A stretch of DNA of 64,000 bases. Origin: an uncultured Bdellovibrionales bacterium (GTDB taxonomy: Bacteria; Patescibacteriota; Minisyncoccia; Moranbacterales; UBA1568). The notes below the pieces were generated by a model. It was not told the DNA's origin. It saw nothing but the letters and a program-made list of their open reading frames with translations, and searched no databases. Numbering within the stretch: the first letter of the stretch is position 1; every line of letters starts with the position of its first letter. Positions 17,434 to 25,215 of this stretch are shown piece by piece. The DNA lies in assembly GCA_964444815.1 (NCBI GenBank), contig CAYUIR010000001.1, positions 78,031-142,030 of the forward strand. The letters are read 5' to 3'. The translations under genes and the position numbers were made by a program.

Positions 17434-18345
17434 CTACTCGATAGCGTCAAGGTTGATATCGAGCGCTGTGTGGAGCACCGACTGGGTCGAGATGCAGACG
17501 GTATTTCCGCCTTTCTTTTTGGCGCGGTACATGGCCTCATCGGCTAGGCTCATCAGCCTGCTCAGAGTCACTGCGATATCGGACCCCGGCTCAATACTGC
17601 CGTCCATGATGCCGATGGAAGCAGTTACCTGTGGCTTACCTTCGATGAGCTGGAAGCGCCCATCCTGAGACATCTGCATGAGGAGCCGCTGTGCGCGTTC
17701 GCTGGCAAATGATGCATTCGCATTGAATGCCGCTAGCACGAACTCATCTCCACCTCGTCGACCAATGAGGTCTGTTCCCCGAGGGAAGCATTCACGAACG
17801 AGCTGGGCAAAGGCACACAGCACGCGATCGCCACCATCGTGTCCCTCGCTATCGTTGTAGATCTTGAAACCATCGAGGTCCACGTAAAGGACTGAGACAT
17901 CCGCGGTCGACTGAGGGTATGACGCTCGGAGCTGGTTCTGAGCCTCGGCGAAAAAGAACTCTTCGAATCCAGAGCGACTCAGAAGGCCCGTCAAAGGGTC
18001 TCTCGTTGAGCGTTCTTCGGCCAACCTGAGAGCGTTTGCAAGAGACGCTACCTGAGGCCGGAGACGTTTGATTTCCTGCTGTGCCTGATCGAGCTCGCTG
18101 ATCAGTCCCTCGAAGGTGTGTGCGCCGGTCTCCGTGGCCGCAGCCTCGTTGTGCCTCATCGTTTCAATACCCGCAAGGAGCGCCTTGTTCGCTTCCTCTA
18201 GCTTGCTGAGCTTATCTTCCAGAGCTTTCTCCGTCATCGCGTGTCGCTCCTCCGCTCTTGTGGCGGCGACACGGGCAATCCAGAGAAGGACAGTCAGAAG
18301 CAGAACGAGCACGCCGAGAAGCATGCTGGCGACAAAATAATCCAT
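17434..18345 (-). CDS. membrane-anchored diguanylate cyclase (TM + coiled coil + GGDEF)
   Basis: N-terminal TM helix, coiled coil, then LLSRSGFEE...VLYVDLDGFKIYNDSEGHDGGDRVL...RGTDLIGRRGGDEFVL. The RxxD I-site lies 5 residues before GGDEF. Confidence 0.85.
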   Translation of the reverse strand: MDYFVASMLLGVLVLLLTVLLWIARVAATRAEERHAMTEKALEDKLSKLEEANKALLAGIETMRHNEAAATETGAHTFEGLISELDQAQQEIKRLRPQVASLANALRLAEERSTRDPLTGLLSRSGFEEFFFAEAQNQLRASYPQSTADVSVLYVDLDGFKIYNDSEGHDGGDRVLCAFAQLVRECFPRGTDLIGRRGGDEFVLAAFNANASFASERAQRLLMQMSQDGRFQLIEGKPQVTASIGIMDGSIEPGSDIAVTLSRLMSLADEAMYRAKKKGGNTVCISTQSVLHTALDINLDAIE

Positions 18346-18511
18346 GGATGGTCCCCTTTTGGGATGTTGGGTTGGTGGGCTGGGTTGGAAAAGGACAACG
18401 TTTTATTCTGGCATGGAATCGATGCTTTGTCAAGGTTACGCGACCAGGTTTTCTTGATAAGATATGAGTAGCTTTAGACCTTATTTGGCCCATCCTTACT
18501 TCATCCCTCCT

Positions 18512-19669
18512 ATGCGTATCTCCTATTCGAGTGTCGGCACGTACCAGACCTGTCCACTCAAGTACAAGTATCAGCACGTCGACCGAATCCCTGAGCCCAA
18601 GAGCAAGGAGGCTGTCTTTGGGACACTCGTCCATGCGGTCATGAAGTATATCCACACCCCTGCCCTGCTCTCACCCACGGTCGAGCAAGCACTCGACTAT
18701 TTCGCCAAGGGTTGGAACAGCGAAGTCTACGAAGATGAACTCGAGGAGCGAGCGGCATTCTCGCAGGGTGTCACTATCATCCAGGACTATCTCTCACGGA
18801 ACAAGCCGAGCGACTACACGATTGTTGATCTCGAGAGTCGGTTCGCTATCGAGATAGGTGATGAAGTCTCGGGCAAGCATATCGTCTCTGGGATCATCGA
18901 CCGGATTGACCGGACCAAGGATGGTTATGAAATCATTGATTACAAAACGACACGCAAGATGCCGAGTCAGGACAAAGTCGACAATGACCTCCAGCTCTCT
19001 ATTTACCTCAAGGCCTTTCTTGCTCGCTACCCCAAAGAAATTGCCAATCTCGATAAAATAACCGTCAGTCTCTACTATTTGAAGCACGGGGTCAAGCTCT
19101 CAAGTACTCGGACGCGGGAACAGCTCGACCGCGTGGATGAGACGTTCCTCGGTGTGATCAAGTCTATCGAGGAGGCCAAATTTGAACCGATTCTCTCGCC
19201 CTTGTGTGACTGGTGTGGCTACCAGAAAATTTGTCCCCTTTGGAAGCACAAATTTGCTGAGACACGTCGAGTTGAAACGGAGGATGTGAAGCAGGCGGTC
19301 GCAGAATACCTCGATCTCAAGGGAAAGCTCTCGGAAGAAAAATTGCGTCTGGGGAAACTTCAGTCGCTCATTCTGGAGTATATGGAACAAGAAGGTGTGG
19401 ACCGAGTCTTTGACGAAGCCGGCATCATTGGCAAATCAATGCGCAAGACCTACAAATACGATGCCGAGAAGCTCCGTGCCGTCCTCGAACCGCTCGACAA
19501 GTGGGAATCAGTACTCAAAGTTGATGGTATCGCCCTCCGTACTATCCTCGCTACCCTCCCCTCCTCGACCCAAGACGAGGTCGAAATGGCCAAGGTGCTC
19601 GACAAGGAAAGTACTAGTCTGACGGTCAAGAGAAACAAAATAGAGGTTGATGACGAGCTCAGCCTCTAG
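18512..19669 (+). CDS. PD-(D/E)XK nuclease (RecB/Cas4-like, Fe-S cysteines) with C-terminal extension
   Basis: YSSVGTYQTCPLKYKY, GTLVHAVM, IIDRIDR...YEIIDYKT, CDWCGYQKICPLW. Start set at ATG 18512. Confidence 0.7.
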   Translation: MRISYSSVGTYQTCPLKYKYQHVDRIPEPKSKEAVFGTLVHAVMKYIHTPALLSPTVEQALDYFAKGWNSEVYEDELEERAAFSQGVTIIQDYLSRNKPSDYTIVDLESRFAIEIGDEVSGKHIVSGIIDRIDRTKDGYEIIDYKTTRKMPSQDKVDNDLQLSIYLKAFLARYPKEIANLDKITVSLYYLKHGVKLSSTRTREQLDRVDETFLGVIKSIEEAKFEPILSPLCDWCGYQKICPLWKHKFAETRRVETEDVKQAVAEYLDLKGKLSEEKLRLGKLQSLILEYMEQEGVDRVFDEAGIIGKSMRKTYKYDAEKLRAVLEPLDKWESVLKVDGIALRTILATLPSSTQDEVEMAKVLDKESTSLTVKRNKIEVDDELSL

Positions 19670-19687
19670 CTTCTTCCGTTTCCACAA

Positions 19688-20119
19688 TTATTCGCCGGAC
19701 TCGAGTGTACTCCCGTCATCCGGACAAGGGGCAAATTGGCACTCAGGGCCGACTTTGCCGACGAAACTGCCATCAGGGCAAGTTTTGACTTCTTGAGTGC
19801 AAACAAGCGATTCTTTGCCCTTGGTTTTGGTGGTGGGAGTCGGGACTTCGAGCGGTGCATCGATGATGCCTCGACGGTTGGGCAACCCATCAGGACACGG
19901 AGCAAACTGACAGTACGGACCACTGCGACCGACGGCACTCCCGTCTGGACACATCATAGCTTCCTCTGTGCAAGCAATACCGAGATCGTTCCCCTGATGA
20001 GTGAAGTCTACATACGACAAAACGAAAGCCCCCAGGAGAAAAACAAAGAGTATCAAAATCGAGAACAACATCGTGTCAGGATGGAGTGTGTGATGCCACT
20101 TGGTGTGTTTGTGTTTCAT
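19688..20119 (-). CDS. membrane-anchored protein with two CPDGS-x-VG-x2-GP-x-CQFAPCPD repeats
   Basis: 143 aa from ATG 20119. His-rich N-terminus and a TM helix. Two near-identical Cys-rich repeats, about 27-29 aa each, separated by a roughly 33-aa linker. Confidence 0.6.
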   Translation of the reverse strand: MKHKHTKWHHTLHPDTMLFSILILFVFLLGAFVLSYVDFTHQGNDLGIACTEEAMMCPDGSAVGRSGPYCQFAPCPDGLPNRRGIIDAPLEVPTPTTKTKGKESLVCTQEVKTCPDGSFVGKVGPECQFAPCPDDGSTLESGE

Positions 20120-20153
20120 GACTGTAGTATATATCGGAGTGAAGTGTGTGTAA

Positions 20154-20187
20154 ATAAAAAAGAGGCGCCCGTCGTTGCGGTGCGCCT
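20154..20187 (-). terminator. terminator of the 156-aa gene
   Basis: AGGCGC (20163-68) pairs with GCGCCT (20182-87). T-run on the minus strand. Confidence 0.6.
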
Positions 20188-20204
20188 GTGGTGGTGTGCG
20201 GCGC

Positions 20205-20675
20205 TTAGGCCGGCACTGCGTCATTGAGCGAGTGGAGCTCGCCGACGGGCTTGTGACGGAGGGCAATGCAATGTGCCACCAGCCGGTCCAGAGCTTCTGT
20301 GTTGTCGGCGGCTACCATGGCGCGCTTGAGCACATCGGGTACGCACTCCGGATCCTGGACGAGTGACCGCAGCCAGGTGGAGACGTCGGCCTCGGGAATC
20401 ACGCCACGATCAGCGAATTCGTGAGTGATCTCGAGGTAGGTATCGAGTCCGGTAGATGCCCCGACCCATACCTGGCAGTTGGTCGGGTCTATTCGATCGC
20501 AGACGGCGCGACCGAGGGTGAGCAATGCCTCCTGAGCCTTTGGCGCCAGTGGCGCACCATGCTCTGGCAGACGCACATCGCTCCACGGCACCAGCACCAT
20601 CTCCGAGCAGTGCTTCTGACTGCCGGGTGGGCAGTCACCGCACGGACCAGTGCATGCAATACGAAAGACTTTCAT
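20205..20675 (-). CDS. hypothetical protein, Cys-rich N-terminus
   Basis: 156-aa ORF (MKVFRIACTGPCGDCPPGSQKHC...) followed by its own terminator. No family recognised. Confidence 0.5.
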   Translation of the reverse strand: MKVFRIACTGPCGDCPPGSQKHCSEMVLVPWSDVRLPEHGAPLAPKAQEALLTLGRAVCDRIDPTNCQVWVGASTGLDTYLEITHEFADRGVIPEADVSTWLRSLVQDPECVPDVLKRAMVAADNTEALDRLVAHCIALRHKPVGELHSLNDAVPA

Positions 20676-20748
20676 GGTTTCTCCTAGAAGGGAGGGTGGG
20701 AATATTGCGCCCCCATTATACCTCCAATTCGCTATTTGGCAAGGGTCA

Positions 20749-20775
20749 ACAAAAAAGCCCTTCTGAGGGCTTTTG
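20749..20775. terminator. bidirectional terminator
   Basis: AAAAAAGCCCT-TCTG-AGGGCTTTT. Confidence 0.7.
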
Positions 20776-20815
20776 GGTTATATGTTGTGAAAATAGGACG
20801 ATGATGGAGATCATC

Positions 20816-21442
20816 CTACTCAAAAATCAAAGCGTCGCCATCTTTTAGAGTTTTATAAGGAATCTTGTTTTCAATGCAATACTGTACTTCTTTGTAAATG
20901 TCAGCTGATTCAGGATGGTCAGAATCAAAGTGTGGTAAGAATGCATAATCAATCAGACCAAGCCCCTCCCAAATTGCTTCTTTTTGACCAGCATACGGAA
21001 GATCTGTTGGATCATCAACGATAGCATATCCCCTCAAAGATGGAGAGAGCACGCATCCCGCGGCACTATAGCCAGCGTAAACAAAATCTTTTTGAGTTTT
21101 ATTATACTCTCGCAATATAGTATCGAGCCCACTAAGTCTCATCGCTTGGCGGAGTATAAAAGTATTTCCCCCGCTTATAAAGATTCCTCCTAAGTTCTCT
21201 AATTTTTCTTTGAGCTTAACTTCATTGTCAAAGTAATTTTTTAAATCAAGGACCTCTACTCGAAGTCCAACGTCAGCCAGACTCTGCATATCACTTGTTA
21301 CATGCTTTTCTCGTCTTTGCGGATCAGCTCCGGTAAAGTCCAATGCATTCGGTATATATCCCACCCTTTTATTTTCTGAAAACAATGCTAAAAGCGATTC
21401 TGGATGATTACCAATTTTATATGACGACAGATAGAATTTCAT
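20816..21442 (-). CDS. peptidase S51 (dipeptidase E-like) family protein, AT-rich
   Basis: GGIFISGGNTFILRQAM and the nucleophile context YAGYSAAGCV. GC clearly lower than the flanks. Confidence 0.7.
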   Translation of the reverse strand: MKFYLSSYKIGNHPESLLALFSENKRVGYIPNALDFTGADPQRREKHVTSDMQSLADVGLRVEVLDLKNYFDNEVKLKEKLENLGGIFISGGNTFILRQAMRLSGLDTILREYNKTQKDFVYAGYSAAGCVLSPSLRGYAIVDDPTDLPYAGQKEAIWEGLGLIDYAFLPHFDSDHPESADIYKEVQYCIENKIPYKTLKDGDALIFE

Positions 21443-21448
21443 ATGTTG

Positions 21449-21473
21449 TGCTGGGGAGGAAGGGAAATCGAAC
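21449..21473 (-). repeat. duplicated 3' end (T-loop + acceptor) of tRNA-Gln
   Basis: Minus sense GTTCGATTTCCCTTCCTCCCCAGCA, against GTTCGATCCCTTCCTCCCCAGCA in the intact gene. It abuts the S51 gene ATG. Confidence 0.8.
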
Positions 21474-21512
21474 TGCTCTCCGCCGGCTGGCGGATGCGCT
21501 CTATAGGGCTTC

Positions 21513-21532
21513 CCTGCCTACCGGCAGGCAGG
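21513..21532. repeat. 20-bp GC-rich palindromic element
   Basis: CCTGCCTACCGGCAGGCAGG. Confidence 0.85.
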
Positions 21533-21591
21533 CGCCCTCTAGTCCGGCAGTGCCGGTCACCTCAAACGGGCAAACAGGTATTTTCCCGACC

Positions 21592-21611
21592 CCTGCCTGC
21601 CGGTAGGCAGG
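21592..21611. repeat. 20-bp GC-rich palindromic element (inverse orientation of the centre)
   Basis: CCTGCCTGCCGGTAGGCAGG, the reverse complement of the 21513 copy. Confidence 0.85.
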
Positions 21612-21644
21612 CCTTTCCTCGTTCGATCTCTTCCATCATAACAC

Positions 21645-21669
21645 AAACAAAAAAGCCCCTGAAGGGACC
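21645..21669 (-). terminator. terminator after tRNA-Gln
   Basis: Minus sense GTCCC-TTCA-GGGGC followed by TTTTTTG. Confidence 0.6.
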
Positions 21670-21684
21670 TTTTGTTTGCGTATG

Positions 21685-21756
21685 CTGGGGAGGAAGGGAT
21701 CGAACCTTCGCATGGTGGGACCAGAACCCACTGCCTTACCGCTTGGCTACTCCCCA
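21685..21756 (-). tRNA. tRNA-Gln (anticodon CUG)
   Basis: Hand-folded cloverleaf: acceptor TGGGGAG/CTCCCCA, D-arm GCC/GGC, anticodon arm GTGGG-TTCTGGT-CCCAC, T-arm GAAGG-TTCGATC-CCTTC. U1-A72 as in bacterial tRNA-Gln. CCA not encoded. Confidence 0.9.
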
Positions 21757-21760
21757 GTAT

Positions 21761-22012
21761 CTATAAACTACCCAGTATTTCTTTGAGCTCCCTTCGTCCA
21801 CTCCTTGTTTTTAGGTAGAGCTCTCTCTTACGTGCTTTGTCCAGACTATCAAATCTTTCAGAGTAAATCAATCGTAGAGGCCTTCGATTCATCGTGGCCT
21901 TACACTTACCAGTATTGTGTTCTTCCAACCTTCTTTTTAGGTTATCTGTTGAACCAGTATAGGTTCGATTGTCATTTAGACTCAGAAGAACGTACACCCA
22001 GTTTTTTTGCAT
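21761..22012 (-). CDS. GIY-YIG domain nuclease (83 aa)
   Basis: WVYVLLS...YTGSTDNLKRRLEEHN...RPLRLIYSE...ARKRELYLK. ATG 22012 lies 2 nt after the tRNA-like segment ends. The stop is 4 nt from the tRNA 5' end. Confidence 0.8.
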   Translation of the reverse strand: MQKNWVYVLLSLNDNRTYTGSTDNLKRRLEEHNTGKCKATMNRRPLRLIYSERFDSLDKARKRELYLKTRSGRRELKEILGSL

Positions 22013-22014
22013 AA

Positions 22015-22110
22015 GACCAGAACCCACTGCCTTATCCGTCCTCGTTACGCTCGGCCGAGACAAGCCGCTTGGTTTACCTCGGCTCGCTATGCGAGACGGG
22101 CTACTCCCCA
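22015..22110 (-). pseudogene. decayed copy of the 5' half of tRNA-Gln with two hairpin insertions
   Basis: Minus sense TGGGGAGTAGC-[27 nt]-CCAAGCGG-[30 nt]-TAAGGCAGTGGGTTCTGGTC. All three blocks are identical to the intact gene up to the anticodon arm. Confidence 0.8.
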
Positions 22111-22167
22111 GTGAAAAAGCCTCCTTATCCTAGCGAAAAAGAGGCTTCTGGTCAAGATTGTCTCATC

Positions 22168-23082
22168 CTAAACCTTGAGGTAACGGCGGATAGCGATGCT
22201 ACTCGAGAGGACACCGAGCGCGATACCGAGAAGGAGGATGCCGCCAAACACTGGGAGAAAGAAACTAATATAGAGCCCCATGAAATTCCCCTGCGGGATA
22301 GCCCCCTCGGTGAGTGGCGAGATGAAGTAGGCAGCCCCAAAGAGAGCGACGGCAGTAGCAAGGGCGGCCGCGATACCATAGAACACTCCCTCGAAAACAA
22401 ATGGCATGCGTACGTAGATGTTCGACGCACCGACGAGGCGCATAATCTCAAACTCCTGACGGTGTGAGTAGATGGTGATACGGATGGTATTGAAGGTAAT
22501 AAGGACCGCGATAAAGATGAAAGCGGCGCCGAGGCCCAAACCAATCTTCTGGGTAGTCTGGTTGATGCGCTCAAGATTGGCAAAAATCTTTTTGTTCTTG
22601 TCGTAGTTGATGCGACTGATATCACTCTGAAAGGTCGAGCGCTCGAGCTGATTGACGATGACCTCATAGTATTCTGGGGCCACAGCCTTGATGACGAGTG
22701 ACGCCAGGAGTGGATTCTCCCCTATTTCTTCGATAGCCTGAGTGACAGCCACGTTATTCTTGTTTTCAGCGAGGAAAGTCTCAAGCGCCGCGTCACGGGA
22801 AACATATTCGACTGAAGAGATTTCCTTTTTGTATTTGGAGAGTTCGTCACGGATCTCAAGCATGCGGTATTCTGGGACGTCAGGGTTGAATGAGACGTTG
22901 ATGCTCACTTTGTCACGCATGTTCTGGAGCATGTAGTGAGTGGTCAGTCCGAGGAGCGACGAGATGCCCACGATGAAGAGTGAGAGTGTCAAGATGCTGA
23001 CCGTGGCAAATGACAACCAACCGTTGCGACGAAAGTTCTGCCACCCTTCACGAAATGTGCGCCACAGTTTGAGAGTCTTCAT
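22168..23082 (-). CDS. ftsX: cell division permease-like protein FtsX
   Basis: FREGWQNFRRNGWLSFATVSILTLSLF, a large extracytoplasmic loop, and 3 C-terminal TM helices. Confidence 0.9.
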   Translation of the reverse strand: MKTLKLWRTFREGWQNFRRNGWLSFATVSILTLSLFIVGISSLLGLTTHYMLQNMRDKVSINVSFNPDVPEYRMLEIRDELSKYKKEISSVEYVSRDAALETFLAENKNNVAVTQAIEEIGENPLLASLVIKAVAPEYYEVIVNQLERSTFQSDISRINYDKNKKIFANLERINQTTQKIGLGLGAAFIFIAVLITFNTIRITIYSHRQEFEIMRLVGASNIYVRMPFVFEGVFYGIAAALATAVALFGAAYFISPLTEGAIPQGNFMGLYISFFLPVFGGILLLGIALGVLSSSIAIRRYLKV

Positions 23083-23115
23083 ACCAAAAGAGAACCGCTT
23101 ATCACTTATGTTTGT

Positions 23116-23817
23116 CTATTGTAGCATATATTTTCCCTTGCTCTCGTCATGGGCGATGCGACCACCATTTACGATGATGACGCGCTTACCGAGCTTGTCG
23201 ACGATACCCTTGTTGTGAGTCGCGAGGATCACCGTGGTTCCGAATGAGTTGATCTCGAGAAGAAGTCGGATGATTTCGTTCGATGAAACGGGGTCGAGGT
23301 TGCCGGTCGGTTCGTCAGCAATGATGACCTTGGGACGATGGATGAGAGCCCGAGCGAGGGAGACGCGCTGTTGCTCTCCACCAGAGAGTTCCTTGGGGAA
23401 CTGGTGCATCTTGCCACCGAGGCCGACAATCTCGAGGATTTCTGGCACTTCGGCATCAATTTCTTCCTGACTACGACCATCGACTTCGAGGGCATAGGCG
23501 ACGTTTTCAAAGGCTGTTTTGTTCGGCAATAGTTTAAAGTCCTGGAATACCGTCCCGATATTGCGTCGATAAAATGGCAAGTGCTTGCGATTGATAGCAC
23601 CGAGTGGTCGCTCGTTGAAGTACACCTCACCCTCGGTCGGCACTTCTTCGGCATAGATGAGCTTGAGGAGAGTCGACTTGCCGACCCCACTCGCACCGAC
23701 GAGTGAGAGGAATTCGCCCGGGTAAATAACCAGATTCACCTTGTTCAAAACAGGGGCATTTTCGAGATACGTTTTGGTGACATTTTCGAATCGGATAATC
23801 GGCTTCTTTTCTGGCAT
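23116..23817 (-). CDS. ftsE: cell division ATP-binding protein FtsE
   Basis: Walker [10 protein letters not shown], signature LSGGEQQRV, Walker B VIIADEPT. Confidence 0.9.
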   Translation of the reverse strand: MPEKKPIIRFENVTKTYLENAPVLNKVNLVIYPGEFLSLVGASGVGKSTLLKLIYAEEVPTEGEVYFNERPLGAINRKHLPFYRRNIGTVFQDFKLLPNKTAFENVAYALEVDGRSQEEIDAEVPEILEIVGLGGKMHQFPKELSGGEQQRVSLARALIHRPKVIIADEPTGNLDPVSSNEIIRLLLEINSFGTTVILATHNKGIVDKLGKRVIIVNGGRIAHDESKGKYMLQ

Positions 23818-23837
23818 AAGATTATATAAATTTGCTA

Positions 23838-24924
23838 TTAGTTTGTTTTGAGATAACGTAGGGTGCTTTCGATAAAGGGTTCCAGGCCACCATCGAGGAC
23901 CTTACTGGTATCACTCGTCTCGACGTTGGTGCGGTGATCTTTGACCATGGTGTAGGGATGGAGCACGTAGGAGCGAATCTGATTCCCCCACTCAGCACTT
24001 TTGAACTCGCCTCGTAGCGCCCGTTTGGCCTCGGCCTCGGCTTCGAGTTTCTGCTGGAGGAGTTTGGAGCGGAGGAGCTTCATGGCTTGCTCACGATTCT
24101 GGAGTTGCGAGCGTTCGGTCTGGCAGGCGACGACAGTGTTCGTAGCGAGATGTGTGATACGGACGGCGCTCTCGGTCTTGTTGACGTTTTGACCCCCTGC
24201 CCCTGATGAGCGATACGTATCGATGCGGAGGTCTTCGGGTTTGAGTACGATAGCCGTGTCATCATTTTCGATCACCGGCATCACTTCAACCGAAGCAAAT
24301 GACGTCTGCCGAAGCGAGTTGGCATTGAACGGTGAGAGTCGCACCAGTCGATGGATACCCGCTTCACCGCGGAGATAGCCATAGGCATAGGCACCATCAA
24401 TTTCAAGCGTCACACTCTTGATACCCGCTTCACTACCACGAGTCTCATCGAGGACGCTCGACCGGAAACCATTTTGTTCGGCATAGCGGAGATACATGCG
24501 CATGAGCATCTCAGCCCAGTCCTGGGCATCGACGCCTCCGGCGCCACTCCGTACCGTAAGGAGAGCCGGAGCACTATCATACTCCCCACCGAGGAGGGTC
24601 CGGAACTCAAGCGAGCGAATCGTCTCCTCGGCGCTCTCATACTCTGGTGTGATGAGGGCCATGTCGACCCCTTCTTCCTCGGCAAAGAGCGCGAGGTTCG
24701 CGAGGGTGTCGCGGAGCGTATCAAAAGACTGGCGTTCGCGCTGGAGCGTCTCTATTTCTTGCATCACCCGTCCAGCCTTTTTGGGGTCATCCCAAAACGA
24801 CGGGCTCTCACTCTCTTTCTTGAGGACAGTGACCCGCTCGGCCTTTTTGGCAAAGTCAAAGATAGTCCTGGAGCTCCAGGAGTTTTTGTTGAAGAACGGC
24901 GACTTTTTGACTCATGTCATTCAT
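23838..24924 (-). CDS. prfB: peptide chain release factor 2, with programmed +1 frameshift
   Basis: ATG 24924, 22 codons, then TAT CTT TGA C (24864-24855). The +1 frame continues to 23838. SPF and GGQ (SGAGGQNVNK) motifs. Confidence 0.92.
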
Positions 24925-25056
24925 AGGAAAAGTATACCATATTCCGCTCTGCTCTTGAACCTTTTGAAAAACTGCGCTAGACTTTCCGAAGTGCAGAGGG
25001 AGCGGCGCACTTCAGCCAAAGGCTGATAAACTCCACGCGCAAGTCATTTTTTGAGA

Positions 25057-25129
25057 GCCGTCTTAGCTCAGTTGGTAGAGCGTGGCATTCGTAACGCCAA
25101 GGTCCGGAGTTCGATCCTCCGAGACGGCT
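25057..25129 (+). tRNA. tRNA-Thr (anticodon CGU)
   Basis: Acceptor GCCGTCT/AGACGGC, D-arm GCTC-AGTTGGTA-GAGC, anticodon loop TTCGTAA, T-arm CGGAG-TTCGATC-CTCCG. TTGAAC-17-TAGACT promoter about 80 nt upstream. Confidence 0.9.
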
Positions 25130-25146
25130 CTCAGAAAATAACACGC

Positions 25147-25196
25147 AGGTCTCAGGTTCCCTGCCCGCCTTTGGAGGGGATCCTGGAAGGTGGCTC
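25147..25196 (+). pseudogene. tRNA 3'-half-like remnant with a hairpin inserted in the T-loop
   Basis: AGGTCTCAGGTTC-[CCTGCCCGCCTTTGGAGGGG]-ATCCTGGAAGGTGGCTC. T-stem CAGG/CCTG is retained. Confidence 0.5.
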
Positions 25197-25215
25197 AAAA
25201 GTAAATATGACTGGG

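Noticed and set aside
21449-21640. A third, unusual tRNA gene downstream of tRNA-Gln.
   Set aside because: Only the last 23-25 nt match a tRNA. No 5' acceptor strand, D-arm or 7-nt anticodon loop can be drawn, and the candidate anticodon arm is a tetraloop hairpin. It is treated as a tRNA fragment plus hairpins.
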